A stretch of DNA of 64,000 bases, taken from contig NIVC01002656.1 of NCBI GenBank assembly GCA_002269645.1, positions 183,846 through 247,845 on the forward strand. Reading direction: 5' to 3'. Within the stretch, counting starts at the first letter, position 1; every line of letters starts with the position of its first letter. Below the pieces are notes generated by a model. That model had not been told where the DNA came from, ran no database searches, and saw nothing but the letters and a program-made list of their open reading frames with translations. The translations under genes and the position numbers were made by a program. Source of the DNA: Macrostomum lignano. Its lineage: Eukaryota. This document shows positions 24,755 to 37,037 of the stretch, one piece after another.

Positions 24755-25336
24755 GTGTGCGACATTGTCCGGTCTATGACCAGCCAGCCTCCTCCACCCA
24801 CCGGCGCCGTCAGTTCGCCCCTCGCCTTCGCCTTCGTCGCCGTCTGCCGGTTCTGTCACCGATTCGCCGTCCCGTTCGCTTGGAGCCTACCGAATTGTTC
24901 CAACTTGCTCGGCATCATCCGGCAGCGTGGCCTGATTAACAACAAGCCCTGCCAGCTAGTGCTGGTTGCTATGCAGCTGCTGGGCAATCCCTTAGCCAGT
25001 ACTCGCGCATTCGGCTGCCCAGTAGCCGACTGTGTGCAGCAGTTCTCCGACGCTGCGGCCTGCGCCAAGCACCAGATTGAGCAGCACAAGCTGACCTGCT
25101 CACTGGTTTGCTCCCGCTGCCGGCTGGTGCATGATTGCGTCACAACCGGCCTGCTGCACTACCGAATCTGCCAGTCTAGCGGGGCCCAGCAGCAGCTTAT
25201 AGCTAGCCTGACTTGGAAATACTTGGACAGCTCAGACACTAATCATTTGCCAGTTATGCGATTCTCATCTGGCTGCCTGCTGACTCTGATGCCGGATGGC
25301 AATACCATCGGGCTGCGGCTGATGTTTGCGCACTAA
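24755..25336 (+). CDS. Same protein, exon 4, with C2H2-like zinc fingers
   Basis: tcgcag acceptor in phase 0; FGCPVADCVQQFSDAAACAKHQIEQH fits F-x-C-x4-C-x3-F-x8-H-x4-H; a second CxxC...H follows; TAA at 25334. Confidence 0.72.
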   Translation: MCDIVRSMTSQPPPPTGAVSSPLAFAFVAVCRFCHRFAVPFAWSLPNCSNLLGIIRQRGLINNKPCQLVLVAMQLLGNPLASTRAFGCPVADCVQQFSDAAACAKHQIEQHKLTCSLVCSRCRLVHDCVTTGLLHYRICQSSGAQQQLIASLTWKYLDSSDTNHLPVMRFSSGCLLTLMPDGNTIGLRLMFAH

Positions 25337-25599
25337 ATAACTAGTTTCACTTATATTACCTTGTATTTGCCCCTCTCTGTTTGTTTCCTTTTTTCATGCT
25401 CGTGCTTCTGTTACTACTGAACAGTAGCGTTGCTGGCGAATAGTCATTTATTTGTTTTAAATTAAAATTTCGAGGGATACGTGGAATATTTCGTAGGCTG
25501 TATGTTTCTGACATAATATATCGATTGACTCTACAGCTGATTCCAGTCAGAATCTCTGATTCCAGTCAGAATCTCCAAAGCAATCCAATCGACTAGGTA

Positions 25600-27326
25600 G
25601 ACTCTAGGGTTTAGAATCCAAATCAATTGGTTAGATTCTAGTGTCAGAATCCAATCAATTGGGTAGATTCCGGGGTCAGAATCCAATCATTTGGGTAGAT
25701 TCCAGGGTCAGAATCCAAATCAATTGGGTAGATTCCAGTGTCAGAATCCAATCAATTGGGTATATTCCAGTGTCAGAATCCAATCAATTGGGTAGATTCC
25801 AGTGTCAGAATCCAATCAATTGGGTAGATTCCAGTGTCAGAATCCAATCAATTGGGTATATTCCAGTGTCAGAATCCAATCAATTGGGTAGATTCCAGGG
25901 TCAGAATCCAATCAATTGGGTAGATTCCAGGGTCAGAATCCAATCAATTGGGTAGATTCCAGGGTCAGAATCCAATCAATTGGGTAGATTCCAGTGTCAG
26001 AATCCAATCAATTGGGTAGATTCCAGGGTCAGAATCCAATCAATTGGGTAGATTCCAGGGTCAGAATCCAATCAATTGGGTAGATTCCAGTGTCAGAATC
26101 CAATCAATTGGGTATATTCCAGTGTCAGAATCCAATCAATTGGGTAGATTCCAGGGTCAGAATCCAATCAATTGGGTAGATTCCAGTGTCAGAATCGAAT
26201 CAATTGGGTAGATTCCAGTGTCAGAATCCAATCAATTGGGTAGATTCCAGTGTCAGAATCCAATCAATTGGGTAGATTCCAGTGTTAGAATCCAATCAAT
26301 TGGGTAGATTCCAGTGTCAGAATCCAATCAATTGGGTATATTCCAGTGTCAGAATCCAATCAATTGGGTAGATTCCAGTGTCAGAATCCAATCAATTGGG
26401 TAGATTCCTGTGTCAGAATCCAATCAATTGGGTATATTCCAGTGTCAGAATCCAATCAATTGGGTAGATTCCAGGGTCAGAATCCAATCAATTGGGTAGA
26501 TTCCAGTGTCAGAATCCAATCAATTGGGTAGATTCCAGGGTCAGAATCCAATCAATTGGGTAGATTCCAGTGTCAGAATCCAATCAATTGGGTAGATTCC
26601 AGGGTCAGAATCCAATCAATTGGGTAGATTCCAGTGTCAGAATCCAATCAATTGGGTAGATTCCAGTGTCAGAATCCAATCAATTGGGTAGATTCCAGGG
26701 TCAGAATCCAAATCAATTGGTTAGATTCTAGTGTCAGAATCCAATCAATTGGGTAGATTCCAGGGTCAGAATCCAATCAATTGGGTAGATTCCAGGGTCA
26801 GAATCCAAATCAATTGGGTAGATTCCAGTGTCAGAATCCAATCAATTGGGTAGATTCCAGTGTCAGAATCCAATCAATTGGGTAGATTCCAGTGTCAGAA
26901 TCCAATCAATTGGGTATATTCCAGTGTCAGAATCGAATCAATTGGGTAGATTCCAGTGTCAGAATCCAATCAATTGGGTAGATTCCAGTGTCAGAATCCA
27001 ATCATTTGGGTAGATTCCAGTGTCAGAATCCAATCAATTGGGTAGATTCCAGTGTCAGAATCCAATCAATTGGGTAGATTCCAGTGTCAGAATCCAATCA
27101 ATTGGGTAGATTCCAGTGTCAGAATCCAATCAATTGGGTAGATTCCAGTGTCAGAATCCAATCAATTGGGTATATTCCAGTGTCAGAATCCAATCAATTG
27201 GGTATATTCCAGTGTCAGAATCCAATCAATTGGGTATATTCCAGTGTCAGAATCCAATCAATTGGGTAGATTCCAGTGTCAGAATCCAATCAATTGGGTA
27301 GATTCCAGTGTCAGAATCCAATCAAT
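25600..27326. repeat. 32-bp minisatellite CCAGTGTCAGAATCCAATCAATTGGGTAGATT, about 54 copies
   Basis: Period 32; each unit contains the quasi-palindrome CCAATCAATTGG. Confidence 0.97.
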
Positions 27327-27764
27327 TGTTTACAATTGCTTATTAAGCGTTTACTAAAGCATTGAATTAGTTTTAATTTGATTTTTTACTTAAATGGATC
27401 AAATATCAGTGCTTTCAGTTTGTGAAGTGCTGCTTTTTGAAGGTCAAAATGCTTCCAGTTTTCAATTACGCAAAAGGGTTTTTTAGCATTTATTGTTGCC
27501 TTCTTTCAAGTCATACCATTATAAAAGTATGACTAATTAATTGGAATTCTTGTCAACTATTATTCGGTTATATTCTGTAATAGGCAACCGCTTACAAGCG
27601 TTTAGTTATTTTGAAATTAAAAAAATAATAAAATACTTCAAATCTGTAATACTTTGTTTGTTCAAAAGTTTCAAAGTAGTAGCTAATTTTATTATTTTAC
27701 TGTTTATTGTTTAGCTAAGATAATTAATGCATGGGAACTAATCTCTCATGCCTGTCATATAGTA

Positions 27765-28936
27765 CTCACTGGCACCTGTGATATTAGCACACTGGCACCC
27801 GTGATATTAGCACACTGGCACCCGTGATATTAGCACACTGGCACCCGTGATATTAGCACACTGGCACCCGTGATATTAGCACACTGGCACCCGTGATATT
27901 AGCACACTGGCACCTGTGATATTAGCACACTGGCACCTGTGATATTAGCACACTGGCACCCGTGATATTAGCACACTGGCACCCGTGATATTAGCACACT
28001 GGCACCCGTGATATTAGCACACTGGCACCTGTGATATTAGCACACTGGCACCTGTGATATTAGCACACTGACACCTGTGATATTAGCACACTGGCACCCG
28101 TGATATTAGCACACTGGCACCTGTGATATTAGCACACTGGCACCTGTGATATTAGCACACTGGCACCTGTGATATTAGCACACTGGCACCTGTGATATTA
28201 GCACACTGGCACCTGTGATATTAGCACACTGGCACCTGTGATATTAGCACACTGGCACCTGTGATATTAGCACACTGGCACCCGTGATATTAGCACACTG
28301 GCACCTGTGATATTAGCACACTGGCACCTGTGATATTAGCACACTGGCACCTGTGATATTAGCACACTGGCACCTGTGATATTAGCACACTGGCACCTGT
28401 GATATTAGCACACTGGCACCTGTGATATTAGCACACTGGCACCTGTGATATTAGCACACTGGCACCTGTGATATTAGCACACTGGCACCTGTGATATTAG
28501 CACACTGGCACCCGTGATATTAGCACACTGGCACCTGTGATATTAGCACACTGGCACCTGTGATATTAGCACACTGGCACCTGTGATATTAGCACACTGG
28601 CACCTGTGATATTAGCACACTGGCACCTGTGATATTAGCACACTGGCACCTGTGATATTAGCACACTGGCACCTGTGATATTAGCACACTGGCACCTGTG
28701 ATATTAGCACACTGGCACCTGTGATATTAGCACACTGGCACCTGTGATATTAGCACACTGGCACCTGTGATATTAGCACACTGACACCTGTGATATTAGC
28801 ACACTGGCACCCGTGATATTAGCACACTGGCACCCGTGATATTAGCATACTGGCACCTGTGATATTAGCACACTGGCACCTGTGATATTAGCACACTGGC
28901 ACCTGTGATATTAGCACACTGGCACCCGTGATATTA
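27765..28936. repeat. 23-bp minisatellite A (CACTGGCACCTGTGATATTAGCA), about 50 copies
   Basis: Direct inspection. Confidence 0.97.
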
Positions 28937-28984
28937 TTACCCTCTCACACGGGATAATAGTACCCTGTAACCCGTGATATCATA

Positions 28985-29678
28985 ACCCTGTCACACGGGA
29001 TATTAGTGCCCTGTCACACGGGATATTAGTGCCCTGTCACACGGGATATTAGTGCCCTGTCACACGGGATATTAGTACCCTGTCACACGGGATATTAGTA
29101 CCCTGTCACACGGGGTATTAGTGCCCTGTCACACGGGATATTAGTACCCTTATCACGCGGGATATTAGTACCCTGTCACACGGGATATTAGTGCCCTGTC
29201 ACACTGGATATTAGTACCCTGTCACACGGGATATTAGTGCCCTGTCACACGGGATATTAGTACCCTGTCACGCGGGATATTAGTGCCCTGTCACACGGGG
29301 TATTAGTGCCCTGTCACACGGGATATTAGTACCCTTATCACGCGGGATATTAGTGCCCTGTCATACGGGATATTAGTGCCCAGTCACACGGGATATTAGT
29401 ACCCTGTCACACGGGATATTAGTGCCCTGTCACACGGGATATTAGTACCCTGTCACGCGGGATATTAGTGCCCTGTCACACGGGATATTAGTGCCCTGTC
29501 ACACGGGATATTAGTACCCTGTCACACGGGATATTAGTGCCCTGTCACACGGGATATAAGTACCCTGTCACACGGGATATTAGTGCCCTGTCACACGGGA
29601 TATTAGTACCCTGTCACACGGGATATTAGTGCCCTGTCACACGGGATATTAGTACCCTGGCACATGGGATATTAGTAC
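28985..29678. repeat. 23-bp minisatellite B (CCCTGTCACACGGGATATTAGTG), about 30 copies, related to A
   Basis: Same period and shared GATATTAG core; short transitional zone at 28936-28985. Confidence 0.95.
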
Positions 29679-29838
29679 ACGTGCACCCACGATAAACGGG
29701 TAGATACTAAAGCCAAAAAGTGGCGCAGAAGCTCCTATCATACTAATACATAGGCATTTCTGTATATTACTAATATATCTTTACCATCTCGACGCAACCA
29801 TTGGGATTTTCAGTTGCAAATCGCCTAAAGAATCTGTC

Positions 29839-30004
29839 ATGGACGATCTGTCTGAGGAGAACACATTCAGCGTTGACGAAGTGTCCCAGATTATTAAAGA
29901 GGGCGTTGAAACTTGCATCGGCACCAGTCAGTTTCAGCAGAACAAGGTCAATCAGTGGACTTCTAGCATCATTGAGCACTGTCTCAATCAGCTCACTAAG
30001 CTGG
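29839..30004 (+). CDS. DYNLT1: Dynein light chain Tctex-type, exon 1
   Basis: TFSVDEVSQIIKEGVETCIG...KVNQWTSSIIEHCLNQLTKLG; G|gtaagt donor, phase 1. Confidence 0.95.
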
Positions 30005-30067
30005 GTAAGTGCAGTGTTTTAGCTTATTGCCTAGTCATCATTTGGGTGAAAGATAAGGTGCTACTAA

Positions 30068-30600
30068 AGTGTCTACTATTGGTATAGTAGTGCGGCGGTA
30101 GTGTCTACTATTGGTATAGGAGTGCAGCGGTAGTGTCTACTATTGGTATAGGAGTGCGGTAGTAGTGTCTACTATTGGTATAGGAGTGCGGCGGTAGTGT
30201 CTACTATTGGTATAGGAGTGCGGCGGTAGTGTCTACTATTGGTATAGGAGTGCGGCGGTAGTGTCTACTATTGGTATAGGAGTGCGGCGGTAGTGTCTAC
30301 TATTGGTATAGGAGTGCGGCAGTAGTGTCTACTATTGGTATAGGAGTGCGGCGGTAGTGTCTACTATTGGTATAGGAGTGCGGCAGTAGTGTCTACTATT
30401 GGTATAGGAGTGCGGTAGTTTCTACTATTGGTACAGGAGTGCCGTAGTGTCTACGATTGGTACAGGAGTGCCGTAGTGTCTACTATTAGTACAGGAGTTC
30501 CGTAGTGTCTACTATTAGTATAGGAGTGCCGTAGTGTCTACTATTAGTATAGGAGTGCGGGAGTGTCTACTATTGATTTAGGAGTGCCGTAGTATCTACC
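30068..30600. repeat. 32-bp minisatellite in the DYNLT intron
   Basis: TAGGAGTGCGGCGGTAGTGTCTACTATTGGTA, about 17 copies. Confidence 0.93.
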
Positions 30601-30680
30601 AATTGGTATTGTTTCTACCACAGCTCTAGCAATGACACTGAATGGCACCAGCAGTGGCATTTTCCCAACCCCACTCGCAG

Positions 30681-30850
30681 GCAAGCCGTTCAAGTACGTG
30701 GCTAACTGCGTGATCATGCAAAAGAACGGGGCTGGCCTGCATACGGCCTCATCCTGCTACTGGGACAACCAGACTGACGGCTCCTGCACCATCAAATGGG
30801 AGAATAAGACAATGCACGTCATTGTCACCGTGTTCGGCTTGGCCATTTAA
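30681..30850 (+). CDS. DYNLT1: Dynein light chain Tctex-type, exon 2 (111 aa in total)
   Basis: [55 protein letters not shown]; tcgcag acceptor; DYNLT1 versus DYNLT3 not resolvable. Confidence 0.96.
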
Positions 30851-31959
30851 TTCGCCTGTGTTTGGCTAGCCAAACAGCGTGCCTCCTGTGACTCGTTTTG
30901 ATTTCAACTCTAAAAAATTTTTTGCTCCATAGCTTACCCCTATTTTATGTGTGTTTTGACCACAGATTCAAGAATAGCTACTAGATATTTCACTCGCAAA
31001 AAATGCACTATACTACTGTTTTTCAGTAGTGGAATTAGCATTTTTGTCTCCATATTAGTAAAACTAAAATAAATATAAAAAACACAAATAAGTTTACATA
31101 TAGGGCTGACTATTGAAGTAAAACTTGAAAAAACCTTTTCAAACTTGAAAAAACGCTTGTGTCTGCCTGACTTTGACCACTCTCCTTACTGCTCTCTCAT
31201 TGGCTAAGCTAGACTGGGCCTGCCCCACCCCGAGGCTAAGTTTCGTCCGTCTGACTTTAACTTCTCTCCTTTCTGCTCTCTCATTGGTTGAGCTAGATTG
31301 GCTTGCCCTAGGCTGAGTTGAACATCAAGTTAATGCTCGCAAACCCCGGCCAAAGAAGGAAAGTAAATTTTAGTGGCATTGTGCAGGCAAACTACTGAGA
31401 AAAGAGTAGGCGCTCTGCTTTTTTCACAATTTTAATTGCGAGTGACATATCTAATAATCTAGTATGTGTTTTGACCAACAAAATACTTTGTATTTTTTAT
31501 ATAAATAAGTTAGTAGTTAGTAATAAAGTAAGTCCGGCACTTTCTTTAACTTACCACAGTTCGCAGAGCTGAGCAACAAGCCGTCCACCCCCACTCTTTT
31601 TTGTTTATCTGTTCAACAAAAATTAGCATAGACTCAGTGTTTTTTTTTCTATACAGCGTGTCCATGCGTTTCATTCCAAAATTATGACCGAATAAAACCT
31701 GTTTGAACATTTGTGCGTTCAATTTTACACATTTTAAAAAGTAAAAAACACTTTAAGCCTGTTATAATAATACTGAACTTAATTCTCTAATTCCCTCTAA
31801 TTTACTGATTAGTTGTTTTTTTCTTTCGAATACAAATAACATGTTTTCAACGAAGTGTTGCATAAAATTTTAAGCTGCTTTACGAGCTAAGTTGATAATT
31901 CTATCCGGACTCTGACTTCTCATCTTGTTAGCTTAGATTGGGTTGATTGAATCGGATAA

Positions 31960-32300
31960 AGCTTTGTTGATAGACTCTATGGATAGATTTTGTGGCTAGA
32001 CCTTGGATGAACTTTGTGGATAGACGCTGAGATGCCCTAGATAGACTAGGGATAGACTTTGTGGAGAGACCTTGTGGATAAAAACTCTGAATAGACCTTG
32101 TGGATAGACGTTGAGGATCGACTTTGCGTATAGACTTCGTAAATAATCTGTCGATAGACTTCGTGGATAGACTCTTAATAGACTGTGGACAGACTTTGTG
32201 GGTAGACTCTTAATAGACTTTGTGGATAGACTTCGTGGATAGACTTCGTGGATAGACTTCGTGGATAGACTCTGAATAGCCTGTTGATAGACTGTGGATA
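31960..32300. repeat. Degenerate repeat built on GTGGATAGACT
   Basis: About 15 recognisable cores with irregular spacing. Confidence 0.7.
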
Positions 32301-32427
32301 TATTGTGAGGCGCTTCTCTAAAGAAATGATCACGTCTCTGGCAACCATTTCTTGACTTCTGTCTGCTCTCTAATTCCATCCTGAGGTCGAATAATCCCTC
32401 AACCAGAACAAGCAGCAGAAAAAGTCG

Positions 32428-32841
32428 ATGAAGACGGACTCAGGGCCAGCGGCGGACGAGAAGCAGCCGCCAGCCGCTGCCCTGTCAGACAGGCTCAGTT
32501 TAGGCGGCGGCGGCGGCGGCGGTGGTGGCGGCCTACGCTTCATCTACCCTGTGCTGCACACGTCTCTGCTGGCGCTAATCTGCACGTTGCAGGAAAGCAT
32601 CAATCCGAATCGCCTCGGCCTCAGCGTCGGCAGCGGCATCCCCGAAGGCTCCTATTACAGTCTGGCTGCTGTTCTATTCGACTGGCTGGCTCACATGAGC
32701 CTGGCCGGGCAAAGCTGGTCTCTGGCTGCCAATCTGACACTCGGCCGGTGCTTTGTACTGGAATCGGCTGTGTACGCCTGCGTGCTGGCCACCGTGATCG
32801 ATGTTGACCACTTCCTGGCTGCTGGCAGCCTCAATCCATGG
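32428..32841 (+). CDS. TMEM267: Transmembrane protein 267-like, exon 1
   Basis: FDWLAHMSLAGQSW...LATVIDVDHFLAAGS matches TMEM267 DNAVH...LASVIDVDHFFLAGS; TGG|gtgaga donor, phase 0. Confidence 0.85.
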
Positions 32842-32857
32842 GTGAGATTTGGGGAGA

Positions 32858-33205
32858 GGGCCGTAGCCTAGTGGTCTAGCGCTCTCATTTGCAAGCGGCC
32901 CAGGCTCGATTCCAAGTGCAGTCGCATTAATTTGGGGCTAAATTGGAATCTCAGCTTGGCTCCGCTCGTGCAATTAACGCCCTTGAGGACCAACCCCCAA
33001 GGCACAGTGAAGTGTACATGCCTAGCGATAAATCAAGTTAGGGCCGCTGTACACTCCTGTGTGAGTGTGTGCCTGTGCGTATGACTGCGGGGGGAGTCGG
33101 CGGAATGGGCAGTAATGCCTCTCGCCGGTTGTGTGACAATGTCGCTTAAAGTGCGTCATGGAGCACATGCACACAGCACCCCGCCAACATGCTTAACAAT
33201 AGTTA
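32858..33205 (+). mobile_element. Probable tRNA-derived SINE in the TMEM267 intron
   Basis: A-box-like TAGCCTAGTGG (32864) and B-box-like GGCTCGATTCC (32903) at tRNA spacing, no intact cloverleaf, followed by a GC-rich body; 3' end uncertain. Confidence 0.55.
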
Positions 33206-33361
33206 AGTGTCCAAGATAAATGATTAACAAAATCTCAATTAAGGCAATTCTTGAGCAGTAGTTCTAGTATACTTTAATGCTTCAATTGTCGGGCTGAGCG
33301 ACTTGCTGACAGCTTTTCTTGAGGTTGTTGTGTCGTGCAAATCACGCCCCATTAGGGCCAG

Positions 33362-34263
33362 GGGCCCGTGCTATAGAATCAGGAGTTAGAAGTTGGAGCT
33401 AGGACTCAAGAGTACTCTTGACAAGGAGTGGATGAATTTTGTGTGCTATAGATTTCAGGAGTTAAGAAGAGTTAGGAGCTATAGGAGTTTTTGCAAGGAG
33501 TTCAGCCTAGGAGTGGGGGTGTGTTCAAGGAGTGTTGCGCAATCGTTTAAGGATGATAGAGAATTGTGTGCTATGTCACAATCCTAACTTTACGGTCCTT
33601 AAGGATTGAATCTCAGGAGTGAAAATGCAAATTGCTCTAAAAATATCATTTGTGAGAGCCGTCGCTGCACGCAGAGGTTCTCTTTGGTGCGTTTAGTACA
33701 ACCATAACTAAGAATGCGAAGATTGCTGTGTGCACCGTGTTGGATGTTCGATTCTGTGTCGAATTCTATATGTTAGGCTTGAAAGCTGGATCTCGTTAAG
33801 TCTAAAACGCATAGCACTCTCGGCTGGATCTTCTTCAAAAAAATTAATTATTGCCTTAATTGTCGACAGTGTCCATCATTGTCTCCTTCCTCATCAGAAT
33901 CCGATTCGCTGTCCGAAAACATTATAATCCTAGCTTGTCTAAGAGTGAAAATTGGCCCTTGAACTCTTGCTTAGGAGTCAAGAGTTAGGAGCGAATTTTC
34001 TCATTCTATAGGACACGCGCTCATAGAATCACTCCTAAAAGCCAACTCCTAGCTCCTAGACTTCCTCTCCGAATTCTATAGCATGCCACGGACCTTAATG
34101 AGTTCTCCTAAATTCACCCAGGAGTCTCCTAACGTCCTTAAGGAGCCTCCTAGCTGTTAAAATTTACTCTTGATTCTATAGCACAGAAAAGCCAGCTAGG
34201 AGTTAGGAGTTAGGATCCACTCTTAAGGATTTAGGAGTTAAGAGTATTCTATAGCACGGGCCC
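33362..34263. mobile_element. PIF/Harbinger-type non-autonomous element (902 bp)
   Basis: Perfect 18-bp TIR GGGCCCGTGCTATAGAAT; 3-bp TSD CAG (33359-61, 34264-66); many subterminal AGGAGTT/AACTCCT motifs. Confidence 0.88.
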
Positions 34264-34428
34264 CAGAGCCTAAGACGCAAGATTTATACACGCTCAGTGG
34301 TCAGCAGAATGAGCGTGACTGCCGCCACCTAGCAACTAAAATGACACAATAAAAATCTGCCTTTTCATGTCTTATAAATGTACGAGTCCAAATTTAAAGT
34401 GGCCAAAATATTAAAACCTATTTTACAG

Positions 34429-34791
34429 CGCGTAATCAACTGTTCAAATTGTCCTCGCGGTGTATTGCACAACAGCCTATTACTGCTGGTCATTGTCGGC
34501 CTATTCCTGGCCTATGAGCGGGGTCATCAGCGCTATCGCGGCAAGCCGCCAGCTGTGCCCGGCCTGGCCTGGCTGACCCTTGTCGCCTGGGGCAGCCATC
34601 AGCTGCGCGACGCTCGTCGCCGCGGCCTCCTATTATGGCCGTTGCAATCTACTCAACCGTTGGGTTTTCACGCCTTTCTACTGTCAATCCTGGGTCTGGC
34701 CTGGTCTGTCAGACTGCTGCTGGCCTGGTTGCGCTACGATGTGCGCAGCATCACTATTAGGCCGCCGCCTGAGGAGCTGCAGCTGGTCTGA
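34429..34791 (+). CDS. TMEM267: TMEM267-like exon 2 (258 aa in total)
   Basis: ttttacag acceptor in phase 0; RGVLHNS...VAWGSHQLRDARRRGLLLWP matches RPFLHCS...[20 protein letters not shown]. Confidence 0.87.
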   Translation, partial: RVINCSNCPRGVLHNSLLLLVIVGLFLAYERGHQRYRGKPPAVPGLAWLTLVAWGSHQLRDARRRGLLLWPLQSTQPLGFHAFLLSILGLAWSVRLLLAWLRYDVRSITIRPPPEELQLV

Positions 34792-34874
34792 GTGACGGCT
34801 CGGCTCTTTGGAATTTGATTGTCTCGCAATCAGGGTGTCATGGCATGTAGGAGGGCAGGAAGTGACGAGTGGAT

Positions 34875-36456
34875 GTCTATCCTGAGGATCATGTGTGTGT
34901 GAGTGGATGTCTATCCTGAGGATCATGTGTTGGTGAGTGGATGTCTATCCTGAGGATCATGTGTTGGTGAGTGGATGTCTATCCTGAGGATCATGTGTTG
35001 GTGAGTGGATGTCTATCCTGAGGATCATGTGTTGGTGAGTGGATGTCTATCCTGAGGATCATGTGTTGGTGAGTGGATGTCTATCCTGGGGATCATGTGT
35101 GTGTGTGAGTGGATGTCTATCCTGAGGATCATGTGTTGGTGAGTGGATGTCTATCCTGAGGATCATGTGTTGGTGAGTGGATGTCTATCCTGAGGATCAT
35201 GTGTTGGTGAGTGGATGTCTATCCTGAGGATCATGTGTGTGTGTGTGTGAGTGGATGTCTATCCTGAGGATCATGTGTTGGTGAGTGGATGTCTATCCTG
35301 AGGATCATGTGTTGGTGAGTGGATGTCTATCCTGAGGATCATGTGTTGGTGAGTGGATGTCTATCCTGAGGATCATGTGTTGGTGAGTGGATGTCTATCC
35401 TGAGGATCATGTGTTGGTGAGTGGATGTCTATCCTGAGGATCATGTGTTGGTGAGTGGATGTCTATCCTGAGGATCATGTGTTGGTGAGTGGATGTCTAT
35501 CCTGAGGATCATGTGTGTGTGTGTGTGAGTGGATGTCTATCCTGAGGATCATGTGTTGGTGAGTGGATGTCTATCCTGAGGATCATGTGTGTGTGAGTGG
35601 ATGTCTATCCTGAGGATCATGTGTTGGTGAGTGGATGTCTATCCTGAGGATCATGTGTTGGTGAGTGGATGTCTATCCTGAGGATCATGTGTTGGTGAGT
35701 GGATGTCTATCCTGAGGATCATGTGTTGGTGAGTGGATGTCTATCCTGAGGATCATGTGTTGGTGAGTGGATGTCTATCCTGAGGATCATGTGTTGGTGA
35801 GTGGATGTCTATCCTGAGGATCATGTGTTGGTGAGTGGATGTCTATCCTGAGGATCATGTGTTGGTGAGTGGATGTCTATCCTGAGGATCATGTGTTGGT
35901 GAGTGGATGTCTATCCTGAGGATCATGTGTTGGTGAGTGGATGTCTATCCTGAGGATCATGTGTTGGTGAGTGGATGTCTATCCTGAGGATCATGTGTTG
36001 GTGAGTGGATGTCTATCCTGAGGATCATGTGTTGGTGAGTGGATGTCTATCCTGAGGATCATGTGTGTGTGTGAGTGGATGTCTATCCTGAGGATCATGT
36101 GTTGGTGAGTGGATGTCTATCCTGAGGATCATGTGTTGGTGAGTGGATGTCTATCCTGAGGATCATGTGTTGGTGAGTGGATGTCTATCCTGAGGATCAT
36201 GTGTTGGTGAGTGGATGTCTATCCTGAGGATCATGTGTTGGTGAGTGGATGTCTATCCTGAGGATCATGTGTTGGTGAGTGGATGTCTATCCTGAGGATC
36301 ATGTGTTGGTGAGTGGATGTCTATCCTGAGGATCATGTGTTGGTGAGTGGATGTCTATCCTGAGGATCATGTGTTGGTGAGTGGATGTCTATCCTGAGGA
36401 TCATGTGTTGGTGAGTGGATGTCTATCCTGAGGATCATGTGTTGGTGAGTGGATGT
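34875..36456. repeat. 34-bp minisatellite GAGTGGATGTCTATCCTGAGGATCATGTGTTGGT, about 46 copies
   Basis: Highly homogeneous; several units carry a (GT)n expansion; begins ~80 nt after the TMEM267 stop. Confidence 0.98.
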
Positions 36457-37037
36457 CCATCATAATATCTGATGATCATGAAATGGTCATGCACTCCCGA
36501 AACAGCCATATTTGTTTGGGGTTGGGCGCAACTTTATGTATTCGTATCTCTTTCTCTTTCATATTCTACAATCAACCATGGTTAATTGACAGCACTTGCA
36601 GTGCAGGGAGGAAAGCGCTCTCACTCTCTGTAATGCGTTCTTCCTTATTTAGTTTTTTCTCCAAATGTACAAATATTCTGCCTGAGTATCCGTATTATTC
36701 TTTAATCTCCGTACATTGCAGATAGTTGTTTCAAAAGCACTAAACAACAGCACCTGCATGGGTTACTATTTGTTCCGTTTGTTGCATCATTTTTATCATT
36801 TTTTAGGATAATTATGTTAATTTAGCTTTGTCGCTGAAATATGATCGTCAATAAGAATTTGTAAGTTATAACAGTATTGATAGATTTTAACATAACGCAA
36901 ATACAGTCACTGGTGATTAATTTTAAGGTTTGTTTAGGCTCTGATCGCGCCTTTGTGAATCATAGAAATTAAATTTTTAATAGTATATCATTTCAGAGCA
37001 TTTGTCCGCCACTCCTTGGACTTTGGTGTTCGAATTA

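Noticed and set aside
34875-36456. CRISPR-like regular 32-37 bp repeats here and at 25600, 46971 and 58235
   Set aside because: The units are head-to-tail with no unique spacers, there are no cas genes, and the context is eukaryotic.
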